This document shows, piece after piece, positions 9,509 to 19,385 of a stretch of DNA of 64,000 nucleotides. Each line of letters begins with the position of its first letter. The stretch's first letter is position 1. Location: IMG/VR virus record IMGVR_UViG_3300024239_000011, positions 62,001 through 126,000 of that record; one strand, 5' to 3'. Made by a program: the position numbers and the translations under genes. The notes below the pieces were generated by a model that was not told the origin of the DNA, made no database searches, and was given only the letters and a program-made list of their open reading frames with translations.

Positions 9509-10665
9509 TAGCGCATCCCCACTGCCTGATATACCTGATTCATTGTCTGCTGAGCAATGGTATCCACCTGCGCAGCACCCGTGGCAAGATGAGCATCGAC
9601 TACTTCCGGATGAGCGATGTATTCCCGCATGCGCTTCCCAATGGGAACAATTACGTCCACCAATGCATCAGTAACCGCAGGCTTTAATTTCCCAAAGCCC
9701 TGACCACCGAATTGGGCACAAGCTTCATCTAACGTCATCCCCCGAAGAACCGCGTAGATTGTCATAAGGTTCTTGGCACCAAGCCGACCTTCCAATCCTA
9801 CTGCCTCACCGGGCAATAGATCGGCATCCGTGGTTGCCCTCTTGATTTTCTTGGCGATTTGGTCGGCAGTGTCCGTCAGGAAAACAACTTCCTCTTCCGT
9901 TTCCATGGTGGACTTGGACATCTTCCGATCCGGATACCGCAGCGACATAATACGGGCACCGGTTTCGCTGATGATATCCTGGGGAACCGGGAAAATATCC
10001 CCGAACTGATGATTGAAAGACCGCACGATCTGGCGTGCAAGCTGAAGGTGCTGCACTTGGTCATCACCCACGGGAACATGGGTCGCCTTGTACAGCAGGA
10101 TGTCAGCAGCCATCAGCACTGGGTACATATACAAACCGGCACCGATGCTTTCGCTCTGAGTGTTCTCGTAAGCGTCAAGAATTTCGATGGCTTCCGCGCG
10201 ACGTTGTTCATCGGTGCGGGTATCGTCAAACCCTTCCTGCTGGTATAGGGTATTGCTGATGGACAGACCCGCTTCGAGAAGTTGTTCTAACTTCTCGTCC
10301 ACCGAAATACCAGCTTTCGCTTTGAACTGAGTCATTCGATTCAACCAGCCCATCCGCGCCTGGGTTGTTAATACCCAGGCAAGCTGGGAATGACCGGCGA
10401 CGCGGCTTTGTTGGAAGATCGAAGACCGCTCGGGATCGACACCGCATGCCAGATAGGCAGCCACCGTGGAACGGATGCTGTTACGCAGCACCGCTGGATT
10501 TTGCGGTACCGTGATGGCGTGAAGGTCTACGACGCAATAGATGCATTCGTGGTGATCTTGCAAGTCCACCCACTGCTTCAGAGCGCCCAGATAGTTGCCA
10601 AGGTGCAGAATTCCGCTCTGTGTCGCCGTGCCGGTAGGCTGAACTCCGGAAAATACCCTACCCAT
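9508..10665 (-). CDS. trpS: tryptophanyl-tRNA synthetase with about 50 aa insertion
   Basis: VFSGVQPTG, HLGNYLG, VDLHAIT, YPVLMAADILLY, VPVGDDQVQHL, KMSKS. Confidence 0.95.
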   Translation of the reverse strand: MGRVFSGVQPTGTATQSGILHLGNYLGALKQWVDLQDHHECIYCVVDLHAITVPQNPAVLRNSIRSTVAAYLACGVDPERSSIFQQSRVAGHSQLAWVLTTQARMGWLNRMTQFKAKAGISVDEKLEQLLEAGLSISNTLYQQEGFDDTRTDEQRRAEAIEILDAYENTQSESIGAGLYMYPVLMAADILLYKATHVPVGDDQVQHLQLARQIVRSFNHQFGDIFPVPQDIISETGARIMSLRYPDRKMSKSTMETEEEVVFLTDTADQIAKKIKRATTDADLLPGEAVGLEGRLGAKNLMTIYAVLRGMTLDEACAQFGGQGFGKLKPAVTDALVDVIVPIGKRMREYIAHPEVVDAHLATGAAQVDTIAQQTMNQVYQAVGMR

Positions 10666-10774
10666 TATCTCTACCCCGATTATGCATAAACTCATCAACA
10701 GGATGGCAGCCAAAACCGACTTTGGCAAGTTCTTTGCGGTATGGATGCCATCCAACGTTGATCGGGTGGAAGTA

Positions 10775-11548
10775 TTATCGTTCCTTCACCACGAACCTAA
10801 CTTGCTCGGAAACCCCAGTGACCTGGGCTTTGGTAACCTTGATCGGTGCGCCCAAGCCGTACTGCTCTAACGACTTGTTAAGCTCGTCTTGAATTACCGG
10901 CGCCAGTTTTTCGGTTTCGGCACGGATGTCATTCAATGGCTTGCCTTGTCCGTAGGTATACAGTCCACGCTTCACGGCATTCTTCATCAATTCGGACAGA
11001 CGAATACCCGCGAGGATGTTGAGGTCGCCGCCCCATTCAATCAAACCGATACGGAACAGATCAGGCACCGCATCCGGGGTGATCTGCACAATGGAGAACG
11101 CCGATAGGTTAACCGTCTGGTTTTCCTGGGTGATGACCTGGGTGTTGACCTCAAAACTAATCGGGGTAGTCACCGTACCCTCATAGACGACCGTCCATGG
11201 CTTCGACCAATGATAACCGGGTTGATAAACGGTACCGGTAGTCACGCCGCCGATTGTCGTTTCAAGACCAATCGAAGCAGGGGTAATGTAGAACAGCGCA
11301 AACGGGATGTTAACCAGTACCCACACACCGAAAATACTTGCAGCGGTGATGCTGGGTTCGCCCACGCTTGAATGAATGAGGTTTCGGTATCGTTCCTCAA
11401 TCCACACGGGGATCGACCCGTCCTTTTCCGTGTTCCGTTCAATCATATCGAGGCGGGCTTGTTTGGCTCTACGCAAGTTGAACAGCGCAACGCCAACACA
11501 AAACAGGATGGCGGCAAAGCCAATCACGGATACAATGGAATAAAACAT
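10775..11548 (-). CDS. SPFH/band-7 domain membrane protein
   Basis: TM segments, IGLETTIGGV...PGYHW..PW, IKVTKAQVTGV. Confidence 0.6.
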   Translation of the reverse strand: MFYSIVSVIGFAAILFCVGVALFNLRRAKQARLDMIERNTEKDGSIPVWIEERYRNLIHSSVGEPSITAASIFGVWVLVNIPFALFYITPASIGLETTIGGVTTGTVYQPGYHWSKPWTVVYEGTVTTPISFEVNTQVITQENQTVNLSAFSIVQITPDAVPDLFRIGLIEWGGDLNILAGIRLSELMKNAVKRGLYTYGQGKPLNDIRAETEKLAPVIQDELNKSLEQYGLGAPIKVTKAQVTGVSEQVRFVVKER

Positions 11549-11853
11549 GGTTCTTCTCCGAAGATGTACAGAAACGGTGAGTGTGAGAAATCTTTAAGAA
11601 ATTCGAGCATCACCCGTTTACTGTAACCAGTTTCTTGATCGAGGTCGGTTGTAATACCCACATCACCAATACACGAAGCCATGGTCACTCGTACCGTCCG
11701 ATTATTGTAGTTTGCATACAATTCAGGGATACGAACGCCCATGGCTTTCGCCTTGATTTGATAATGGGCAGGCCACCGCGCATAACGAAGGAAACGCCGC
11801 AAACAATACGGCGCCTCCATATCGTCAATGTAATCGTCGCAGTGTTTAGCCAT
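11524..11853 (-). CDS. hypothetical protein
   Basis: ORF within the operon. Confidence 0.6.
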   Translation of the reverse strand: MAKHCDDYIDDMEAPYCLRRFLRYARWPAHYQIKAKAMGVRIPELYANYNNRTVRVTMASCIGDVGITTDLDQETGYSKRVMLEFLKDFSHSPFLYIFGEEPCFIPLYP

Positions 11854-11866
11854 CAGTAGCACCGGC

Positions 11867-13072
11867 TCAGCCATTGGCGGCGACACCAACCGGCGTAGTC
11901 GCATTGACCGTCATGATGAACGGAGCATCAGCCGTGATCATCTTGGGGGCTTCGCTCTGCTTCAACGCCTCGATGGTTTCATATGCACCACGCAGCATAC
12001 CGTCCTTCAGACGCTTGTCCTCGGCTTCGTATTCCGCCTGAGTCAGCGCACGGCGCTGCATGCCCGCCTTGATCACGTCCACGGTGCCGGTGATCATGCG
12101 CAGATAAGCGTCGTTTGCCTGCTTGGCAGTCGAAGCCGAAATCAATTCCTGCTCAATGGTCTTTTGTACAGCCACCGCCGAATCCGCAGCCTGATTGGCG
12201 CTCATGACAATTACACTATTGGTGGCTTCCGTGATGGCTTGCAGACCACCGGAAGCCTGATCCAGAGCGGAACGAATGATGCAGGCGAGCATCTTGTCCT
12301 TCCAAATCGGCAGCATCCCAACCACAGCGGTGTTGATTTTGTCCGCCATGTTGTAGCACTGCATTCCCAGGTATCGGTACTCGGCAAGGGTACCAATGGT
12401 CGCCATCCGCAGACCCAGATAGTCGCCCTTCTTGCGATCCAATGCCTGAATCGATTCGTTGATACGAGCAACGTTCTCCATAATGCCCATATCGTTGGCG
12501 CCCTGCGCTTTATCAGACCATTCCTTGAGTTCGGATTGGGCGTCAATCAGCGCAACTTCAATCGCGGCGATCAGGATGCTGTAGGTGTGGTAGTCCTGAA
12601 CCTTCTCCGCATAAGCGAGCTTCAGCAGTTCGATGTACCGCATCAGTTCCGCAGTCTTGGTATCGAGTTCGGTGGCAACCCGCAGGCATGACCCATGTAC
12701 CGTTTCAAACTCGGAACGGAAACTTTCGATGGCAGCTTCGACACCACCCTTCAGGTCCATCCACTTCTTTGCGATCCATCCCATATTGGGATGCGGAAGT
12801 TTGGAAACGTCCACGCCGCGCACCTTGTTGGACATGTCGGTAAGCTTGTCACCGATTTCCTTGATGTCCTTGGTCTTGAATTTGGACAACGGGTCGTCCG
12901 CAACGTTGGAAGGACGACGCAACCGGTCCATACCAATGTTCAGCAAGCTGCGCTGGTCGTGGATGTTGATGTTCTGACGTACTGCCTTAACCTGATCGCG
13001 CACAGCAGGCGTCATATTGTCATATTGGGTCACCGCCAGGGCACGACCATCCACCGTATTAAGCGCACTCAT
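11867..13072 (-). CDS. TelA/KlaA toxic-anion resistance family protein
   Basis: long coiled coil, ADKINTAVVGMLPIWKD, ITEATNSVI; GGAGG RBS 7 nt before MSALNTVD. Confidence 0.85.
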   Translation of the reverse strand: MSALNTVDGRALAVTQYDNMTPAVRDQVKAVRQNINIHDQRSLLNIGMDRLRRPSNVADDPLSKFKTKDIKEIGDKLTDMSNKVRGVDVSKLPHPNMGWIAKKWMDLKGGVEAAIESFRSEFETVHGSCLRVATELDTKTAELMRYIELLKLAYAEKVQDYHTYSILIAAIEVALIDAQSELKEWSDKAQGANDMGIMENVARINESIQALDRKKGDYLGLRMATIGTLAEYRYLGMQCYNMADKINTAVVGMLPIWKDKMLACIIRSALDQASGGLQAITEATNSVIVMSANQAADSAVAVQKTIEQELISASTAKQANDAYLRMITGTVDVIKAGMQRRALTQAEYEAEDKRLKDGMLRGAYETIEALKQSEAPKMITADAPFIMTVNATTPVGVAANG

Positions 13073-13304
13073 TGATTGTCCTCCACCATTGGCCAAATAC
13101 CATGCATTAGCAATTTTCGCTTTCTTCATTGCCTCTTGTTCCAAGATGGCAAGAATTTGGGCTGTTTTACCCGGTTGGTTCTTTGCTTTGAAACGCGCAA
13201 TTCGACGTGTTATGAACAGAGGGCGAAGAATTGCGTCAAAACGCTCGTAACGGATACGAGCGTTTTCCGCCGCCGCCCGCTCCCGTGCTTTTGATGCAAT
13301 TCGA

Positions 13305-13913
13305 TTACTCACCATTAACACCTTTACGATTTGCCATTTCTACAAACACGTTTTGATCCACATATAAACCAATCACATCACCGCGTAAAAGCTGATCACG
13401 CTGAGCCTCGAAAACACCTTTCATGTGTGCCAGGGTTTCTGGAAACATATCCAAGGCACGTTTTGCATCTTTGTCCATGCCTCGATAGTTGGCATTTACC
13501 GCAAGGAAGTTTTCAAGAATTTTAACTGTCTCGGTCAGTGTATATGTGTCGAAATTAGTCTGTAAAATCGAACGCGGGTCTTGCTTAAACGTCTCCATGA
13601 TTTGATCCGCTAACGCAGCAAGATCAAGAACATGACTCCGTTGTATACGAGAAAATCCTTTGTTATCCGCCAATACCCGGATGCGCTCGGCATTTTGCAC
13701 ACCGTTCTTGATTGCCTTGATAATCTCGGCGCGATCTGCCCCTTTGGTCTCGGGAAACTCCAAATCGCTCGGTTTCTCGTGATATACTAGATAGAGAACC
13801 ACCCAGGAAACGAGTCCACCACCAATGCAATACACAAGTGGGAATTCCAAGAGGAACCAAAACCCAAAGGTAAGTGCCAGACAGGCAATTCCGGTACCAA
13901 TGGCAGTGGACAC
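13305..13913 (-). CDS. XpaC-like (5-bromo-4-chloroindolyl phosphate hydrolysis family) membrane protein
   Basis: two N-terminal TM helices, IMETFKQDP, C-terminal helical bundle; canonical position upstream of telA. Confidence 0.7.
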   Translation of the reverse strand: MSTAIGTGIACLALTFGFWFLLEFPLVYCIGGGLVSWVVLYLVYHEKPSDLEFPETKGADRAEIIKAIKNGVQNAERIRVLADNKGFSRIQRSHVLDLAALADQIMETFKQDPRSILQTNFDTYTLTETVKILENFLAVNANYRGMDKDAKRALDMFPETLAHMKGVFEAQRDQLLRGDVIGLYVDQNVFVEMANRKGVNGE

Positions 13914-13952
13914 GTTTTACCTCATAATCCAATTGTTCGAGCAAATTTACGA

Positions 13953-14258
13953 TTAGACATCCGAGTTGTCAATCAACGATTGCTCGCATGTCGCGAAACG
14001 TAGCCGATCCATCAAATTGGAACAATAATCCCGCCCATAGGCAATCGTCACGCTTTCTTCAATGCGAGCCATAATAGTGCGGATATTCCAATTGAATGTA
14101 CGGGCGGTATTATAGAAATCCACCCAATCAACAATTAGATTGTTTTTACGAAAATGGTCGAGAAGTAGGTCCAAAGGTATTCCTTGGGATTCTACAAGCT
14201 TAAAAACTCCACTGATGACTCGACTACCATCAGAAGTAACACCCGAAACGGCGAGCAA
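13953..14258 (-). CDS. small protein resembling an AlaRS helical segment
   Basis: ISGVFKLVESQGIPLDL vs AlaRS-type AFKLYDTYGFPLDL. Confidence 0.4.
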   Translation of the reverse strand: MLAVSGVTSDGSRVISGVFKLVESQGIPLDLLLDHFRKNNLIVDWVDFYNTARTFNWNIRTIMARIEESVTIAYGRDYCSNLMDRLRFATCEQSLIDNSDV

Positions 14259-14290
14259 ACGCTTCCGAAGACGCTTATGCGCACCGTGTT

Positions 14291-14530
14291 TTATGCTTCC
14301 CGCGAGATCATTTCGTTATCCTCCACACTCATAAGTTGATTTACATAAAACTGAAATGGTAATTGAACATCTGAAACTGGAAACTGAACTATGTATGCAT
14401 ATTCATCACTATACTGATGGACGAGAACTTCCGCCCCATACTGCTCAAAAAGCCGGTCAATAACTGAGGGTGGTATTGGTTCATCCACCTCGATACGAAC
14501 CAACAAGTTGACACATTTCATGATACGCAA
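14291..14530 (-). CDS. hypothetical protein
   Basis: 79 aa ORF. Confidence 0.55.
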   Translation of the reverse strand: MRIMKCVNLLVRIEVDEPIPPSVIDRLFEQYGAEVLVHQYSDEYAYIVQFPVSDVQLPFQFYVNQLMSVEDNEMISREA

Positions 14531-14539
14531 TCCGTAGTC

Positions 14540-14947
14540 TTAGAAATGAATTGGTGATGGTTCAAAGTCATATGGACCACCACCTTCATTCTCCATTTCC
14601 CGATACACTGCTTGAAGGGCGAGGTCACCAATACGATAGACCTTCCATTCGCGGACACCGTTACCGCTCAAGTCGTCAGGATCGACTTCATTGCCGTCCC
14701 CGTCAATAATTTTCAGGTTCTCGACTTCAGCATCTTCACCGAGATCAAATGATTCGGGGTTGCCGCTGATACCACGACGAGCCGAGCTACCGAAATTCAC
14801 GTCAGCAGTGACCGTGAACATCTTGCTCTCATCTTCGGAGTTGGCGTCCGGATTAAACCATTCAACCGTGGTTTCGATATGGCTGTCATACCCACCGACA
14901 CTCTCCAACAGGTTGATGATCTTGCGAATCTCGTCCGAATTTGCCAT
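14540..14947 (-). CDS. acidic hypothetical protein, possible virion-internal protein
   Basis: CTAAATA late core upstream; leader EIRKIINLLES. Confidence 0.65.
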   Translation of the reverse strand: MANSDEIRKIINLLESVGGYDSHIETTVEWFNPDANSEDESKMFTVTADVNFGSSARRGISGNPESFDLGEDAEVENLKIIDGDGNEVDPDDLSGNGVREWKVYRIGDLALQAVYREMENEGGGPYDFEPSPIHF

Positions 14948-15013
14948 GGCAGAACCCTCTCTGTATTGCTCTGCCTTATTTAGTCACGGCAGACCGTTAG
15001 TCTGCTTCATTCA

Positions 15014-15520
15014 TCACACCACCTGAAGAAGTCCAGGCGCCGAAACTCCTGAAGATGCTTTAAATTCTTCATAGGCGTCTTCAAAAAGTTCCTGAACCGT
15101 CATTGCAAGCGTAGCGCCGCGCAATGACGGTTTCCATACCAATGCACTACCGGTAACGAGAGCAAGCGGGAAATCAGTCGGAAAAAGCACAACATCATTC
15201 GTAACACGCACCTTGATGTCCGTGAGACAAATCTTAGCCGTGAACTGATCCATTCGCCGGGCATAGTCAATTGCGCTGCTGCACAACCCCACCAATCCAT
15301 CAACTGTGCGGCGATGGTCGTAGCGACTACCACGACCAACATGCTCCCGAAGAAGATTAATAAGATGAGTGCGATTCTCTGAGAGACGTGTAGCAAACAA
15401 TACAACCTGTACAGCACGCACCCGTGGATGCTGTTGTTGCCAAATGCTGTGCGCCCGTGCCGTCTGTTCCAAATAAGATTGGTCGCGGCACACGTCGAGA
15501 TTCACCACATTCCCAGTCAT
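15014..15520 (-). CDS. hypothetical protein
   Basis: 168 aa ORF. Confidence 0.6.
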   Translation of the reverse strand: MTGNVVNLDVCRDQSYLEQTARAHSIWQQQHPRVRAVQVVLFATRLSENRTHLINLLREHVGRGSRYDHRRTVDGLVGLCSSAIDYARRMDQFTAKICLTDIKVRVTNDVVLFPTDFPLALVTGSALVWKPSLRGATLAMTVQELFEDAYEEFKASSGVSAPGLLQVV

Positions 15521-15582
15521 ATTTTGTCCCCTATAAACTACCGGGGATCGTATAACGCAGACGGATTGTGGTCAAGAAGAAG

Positions 15583-15658
15583 TGGCGACCCCAGCAGGGT
15601 TCGAACCTGCGACAAACGGTTTAGAAAACCGTTGCTCTTCCGACTGAGCTATGGGGTC
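15583..15658 (-). tRNA. tRNA-Arg(UCU)
   Basis: full cloverleaf, loop TT-TCT-AA, CCA. Confidence 0.92.
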
Positions 15659-15708
15659 ATTGGTTATTTATAAGCTTTTAGCCGCACATGATCAAGAAGA
15701 AATACACC

Positions 15709-16020
15709 TCACTCAGCGTCGGTTTGATAAAATTGTCTACCGTGTTCGATCATTCGCATTGCTGAATCGCGGTTCCCATCCCGATGCATAGTCAGATGTG
15801 TAATCCCACGTCCATCTATACCATGATCATCAAGGCTGCCCGCGTTTTCCAGTAGGTATTGCACCGGTTTTTCTTCAAACGATGCACCTTCCTTAAGTAG
15901 TTCGATAATACACTGACAGTGTATCAACTGCATCCACGTATGCGAGTAGAGTGCCTTCCAATATTCCGATGAATTTGGAATTAATCCTTCGATTACTTTC
16001 TGAATATTTTCTTCAGCCAT
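15709..16020 (-). CDS. hypothetical protein
   Basis: 103 aa ORF. Confidence 0.55.
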   Translation of the reverse strand: MAEENIQKVIEGLIPNSSEYWKALYSHTWMQLIHCQCIIELLKEGASFEEKPVQYLLENAGSLDDHGIDGRGITHLTMHRDGNRDSAMRMIEHGRQFYQTDAE

Positions 16021-16244
16021 GATAACCTTTCGTGTGTCTCAGAGGTCGTAGTGGTCGCAACCGGAACGACATTTTTCTTAATCCAGAATCTTCCTGACGG
16101 ACCACAATGCCCGTAATAATCATTCCGTTCAAACTCACAAAAACGTTTTGGACCACCATCAACGGGATCGACGGTACGTTTGCATTTTGCATGTGTTCCG
16201 ATGGTGACTACGTGGTCGCAATCGATACAAAACCGATCAGTCAT
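15993..16244 (-). CDS. hypothetical Cys-rich protein
   Basis: CxxC...C...C...CGPSGRFW. Confidence 0.6.
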   Translation of the reverse strand: MTDRFCIDCDHVVTIGTHAKCKRTVDPVDGGPKRFCEFERNDYYGHCGPSGRFWIKKNVVPVATTTTSETHERLSWLKKIFRK

Positions 16245-16335
16245 TTATTTTTACCGTTGAAAATCGCTACAAAAAGCGGTGCCATAGTTGGCACCGCTTT
16301 TTATCGGACGGTAGGATACCCCGTCATATGGTCAA

Positions 16336-16776
16336 TCACGCTACCATATCGCCCAAGTCGCCGCCGTCGTTTGCCGCTGTCGCCTCGCTAACAACCTTGA
16401 GCATGTCAAGAACGGCGCTCTTGACATTTTCCGGTGCGTTATTGAACATGCGAATCATGAAAAGTGCCCGGCGATCCAATTCAGTGGTATCCACCGTGAT
16501 ATCATCTTCGCCGTTAAGCCCGCTAAAGAAATAGCTGATCTGAACGTCAAGGAAATTGGCAATTTCGTTGAGTTTGCTGCACGAAATGCGGTTGGTACCG
16601 CGCTCGTACTTCTGAACCTGTTGAAAAGTCAGATCAAGTGCTTTACCGAGCGCAGTCTGTGAATGACCACGAAGGATACGCAATTCTTTGACCCGGTTCC
16701 CCACATAGACATCAACCGGGTGCGGCATCTCACGGCGGCGAGACTTTCGTTCCTGCGTCATAGCAAACAACTCCAT
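16336..16776 (-). CDS. XRE-family HTH regulator, paralog of 908..1423
   Basis: DVYVGNRVKELR..SQTALGKALDLTFQQVQKYERGTNRIS. Confidence 0.9.
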   Translation of the reverse strand: MELFAMTQERKSRRREMPHPVDVYVGNRVKELRILRGHSQTALGKALDLTFQQVQKYERGTNRISCSKLNEIANFLDVQISYFFSGLNGEDDITVDTTELDRRALFMIRMFNNAPENVKSAVLDMLKVVSEATAANDGGDLGDMVA

Positions 16777-17175
16777 TTGCTTTGTTAAACCCCCAAACGA
16801 ATCTTAGTAAAGCCTGGGAAAATTATCCCACGACCCAATGCATGAATCACTACCACGACCCCGGTAGGTTGCACAAGACCCATTTGCATACATCATATAT
16901 TTCGAGCAACGTGGTATGGGAATAAGATAGCGTTGCTATAAGGAAATGAAAGGTACCCACCGAGTTCGCCAAAGATTCCATAAGGATTACCAAGACTAGC
17001 GTATTTTCGGGACATGATCGACAAGCTAGAAATAGAAAAAGCACCATCCCTGCAATTAAGGATAGCGCCTTTTCACCCGTTAGCATCGCATCACGCAAGT
17101 ACCGGAATATCTCCCGGCGGGCTGCCTGTTAGGTCACAACACATTCTATGTAGTACCAACGTCCCAAGCAGATTT

Positions 17176-17289
17176 TGGAGCGGGAGAAGGGATTCGAACC
17201 CTCGACATCAACCTTGTTAAGCCTACACCGTGACGGACACGCCTTATAGGCTTAGGCAAGGTTGCGCTCTTCCACTGAGCTACACCCGC
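17176..17289 (-). tRNA. tRNA-Gly(GCC) with 39-nt anticodon-loop insertion (17216-17254)
   Basis: removing the insert gives CAACC-TT-GCC-AA-GGTTG; U73-CCA; one acceptor mismatch. Confidence 0.85.
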
Positions 17290-17437
17290 ATGTTTGTATT
17301 TATATATAAACCCAAAAACTTGCACATTTGTCTCTTCTACTTGACACTACAATTAGAAACTGTATAGTAATCAGACCTACGATGGCGTGTGGATGTTCCT
17401 GCGCTATGAAGTGAAACGCATTTTCTAGGGGCGACAC

Positions 17438-17845
17438 ATGGGTAACGCGGTTCATGCGCAATTGGTGTTCGGGATCAATTTTGAGGAAATGCGCCCGTTT
17501 CCCGAAACGTTTGAAGCGTTTGAGGACTTGATCATTGCCGAATCCGGCATTGAAGTTGTTCCCTATGGCGATACCGCGTGGGACGAATTCCGTAATCGCG
17601 TCTATGATCTCGAAAGAGCATATCCGTTGGAGATCATCCGCCACTGTCGTGGAACATATGTCATGTACATCCTCGCCGCTCGCCAACCGCAGTTTTCATC
17701 GTGGCGCGGCGAGACGAAAATCATCGACCCGGCTAAACTGATTGTAGCCCCTGAAGTCGTTGCCGCGATGATGGAATTCTGTAAACGGTACGACCTTCCC
17801 TGGACGGAACCGCAATGGCATCTTTGTCCGTACAGCGAGGAATAG
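17438..17845 (+). CDS. hypothetical protein
   Basis: 135 aa ORF downstream of a sigma70-type promoter (17341-17368). Confidence 0.7.
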   Translation: MGNAVHAQLVFGINFEEMRPFPETFEAFEDLIIAESGIEVVPYGDTAWDEFRNRVYDLERAYPLEIIRHCRGTYVMYILAARQPQFSSWRGETKIIDPAKLIVAPEVVAAMMEFCKRYDLPWTEPQWHLCPYSEE

Positions 17846-18137
17846 AATGTCGGTTGCCACTGCTTATAAAGCGGTTCGTGGGTATCTTGAACTGATCTTG
17901 GGTTAAAATTCACATTCACCGGGCATGATACGTGGTGTCGCATCTACACTAAGAATCGCATTCTGTTCCGTGAACATCGGGAAGGTCTGGCGAACGTATT
18001 GGTTGATGCCGGTTTGCCGTTCTGTTCGAGTCGTTGATGCGACCGGGAATACACTGAGCGAATTCGAATACGGGGAAGACGGCACTCCGTATGGGCAATA
18101 AAAAAACCCCGGTACCTATCGGTACCGGGGTTTTTAT

Positions 18138-18252
18138 TGGTGCTGACGGGGAGAATCGAACTCCCGACCTCCGCTTTGCAAAGCCTATTCCGTAAATTAC
18201 TGCGCCTAATAGGCTTGACCAAAGCGGTGCTATACCACTAAGCCACGTCAGC
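18138..18252 (-). tRNA. tRNA-Thr(GGU) with 40-nt anticodon-loop insertion (18178-18217)
   Basis: removing the insert gives CCGCT-TT-GGT-AA-AGCGG; perfect acceptor GCTGACG/CGTCAGC, A73-CCA. Confidence 0.88.
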
Positions 18253-18254
18253 AT

Positions 18255-18330
18255 TGGAGCGGGTGATCGGATTTGAACCGATGACATCGACCTTGGAAGG
18301 GTCGCGTTCTACCCCCTGAACTACACCCGC
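18255..18330 (-). tRNA. tRNA-Gly(UCC)
   Basis: canonical cloverleaf. Confidence 0.92.
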
Positions 18331-18849
18331 ACCTCATCCTTGTAGCAAGACTATTTAGCACGGTCAATATTCTTTTTGTCCCTTATCCTCCAATCTGATC
18401 GGTGGTAGTGCCTCATCAACCCCGTCAAAAATGACAGAAAGATAGTCTTGCCCAAAATCCCTTACAATTCTGGTGCGCAAACTAACACTCCGTGCGGTTG
18501 CCTCTTCAATTGAACGTTGCTTTTTCAAATATTTTCTATCCATACAATTTCCTTTCGATTACCGGGTTGCTTGACCCGACGTTCAAAACCCCTTATACTA
18601 TCTAAGGTTTGAACAATTATGGTTAAAACAGCATGTTTCACAGCAATCTCGCCATACGCGACCGTACCCGGAAGAGTGCCGCGCCGCGTATCGACCCCAG
18701 CGCGCCGGTTTACCAGTTTAAGGCGGAAGGGTTTATTGGTGGTCGTTTTGTCGTCAAGACCATTTGGGCACGGTCGGACGTGGAAGCGTCTTCCAAAGCG
18801 CGTCGTTCGTTTGATATGTCCAGCGAAATCACGATGTACTCGGTATAAT

Positions 18850-19149
18850 ATGTCCACACCGGAACCCAAAAAGAAAGGGTTGGGGCGTAAGTGGTTCCCA
18901 CCTCGTGAGGATCGTGGGAATTACCGTTTCTTCAAGAAGTGGTCTGAAAAACTTGAAGTTCAAGCTAATATAGCCTTGACTTCTCAACTTTCAGTCTTCG
19001 TCCGCCCCCAGATCAAGACTTGGCTCGCTACTGAAGTTGGGGAAGGGAAATTCGGGTTCGAGGTGGGTGAAACCACCGTGACCTTCGGTTTTAAGACGGA
19101 AATCGACCGAATGAAATTCGAACGGTTTCTTGAAGCGAATTACAAGTGA
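18850..19149 (+). CDS. hypothetical protein
   Basis: ORF from MSTPEP. Confidence 0.6.
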   Translation: MSTPEPKKKGLGRKWFPPREDRGNYRFFKKWSEKLEVQANIALTSQLSVFVRPQIKTWLATEVGEGKFGFEVGETTVTFGFKTEIDRMKFERFLEANYK

Positions 19150-19154
19150 AAGTT

Positions 19155-19248
19155 TGGAGGAAAGGGTCGGACTCGAACCGACATACCCCTGCGTTTGCAG
19201 GCACCTGATTTGCACTCAAGGACCGTCGCCTATTCCGGTCACCTTTCC
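19155..19248 (-). tRNA. tRNA-Cys(GCA) with long class II variable arm
   Basis: GGAAAGG/CCTTTCC, U73, loop GT-GCA-AA, arm CCTGC-AAAC-GCAGG. Confidence 0.8.
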
Positions 19249-19385
19249 ACAACCTTATTTACCTATTGCCACTCAAAGTAAAGTTTGAAATACGGCATGT
19301 CAACATTTGCATGCCGTAAATAAGTGGTTATTTTACCCTCGTAAACCACTATCTAAATAAGCTGGGTGCAACGAGGGGTGTTTCC

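Noticed and set aside
6336-10665. Host chromosomal segment
   Set aside because: fliM/fliN and trpS are interleaved with small phage-type ORFs and lack their normal operon neighbours; misassembly still needs read-level exclusion.
13073-13321. 83-aa N-terminal extension of TelA
   Set aside because: Strong GGAGG RBS lies before 13072 and base composition shifts; the extension cannot be excluded but is unsupported.
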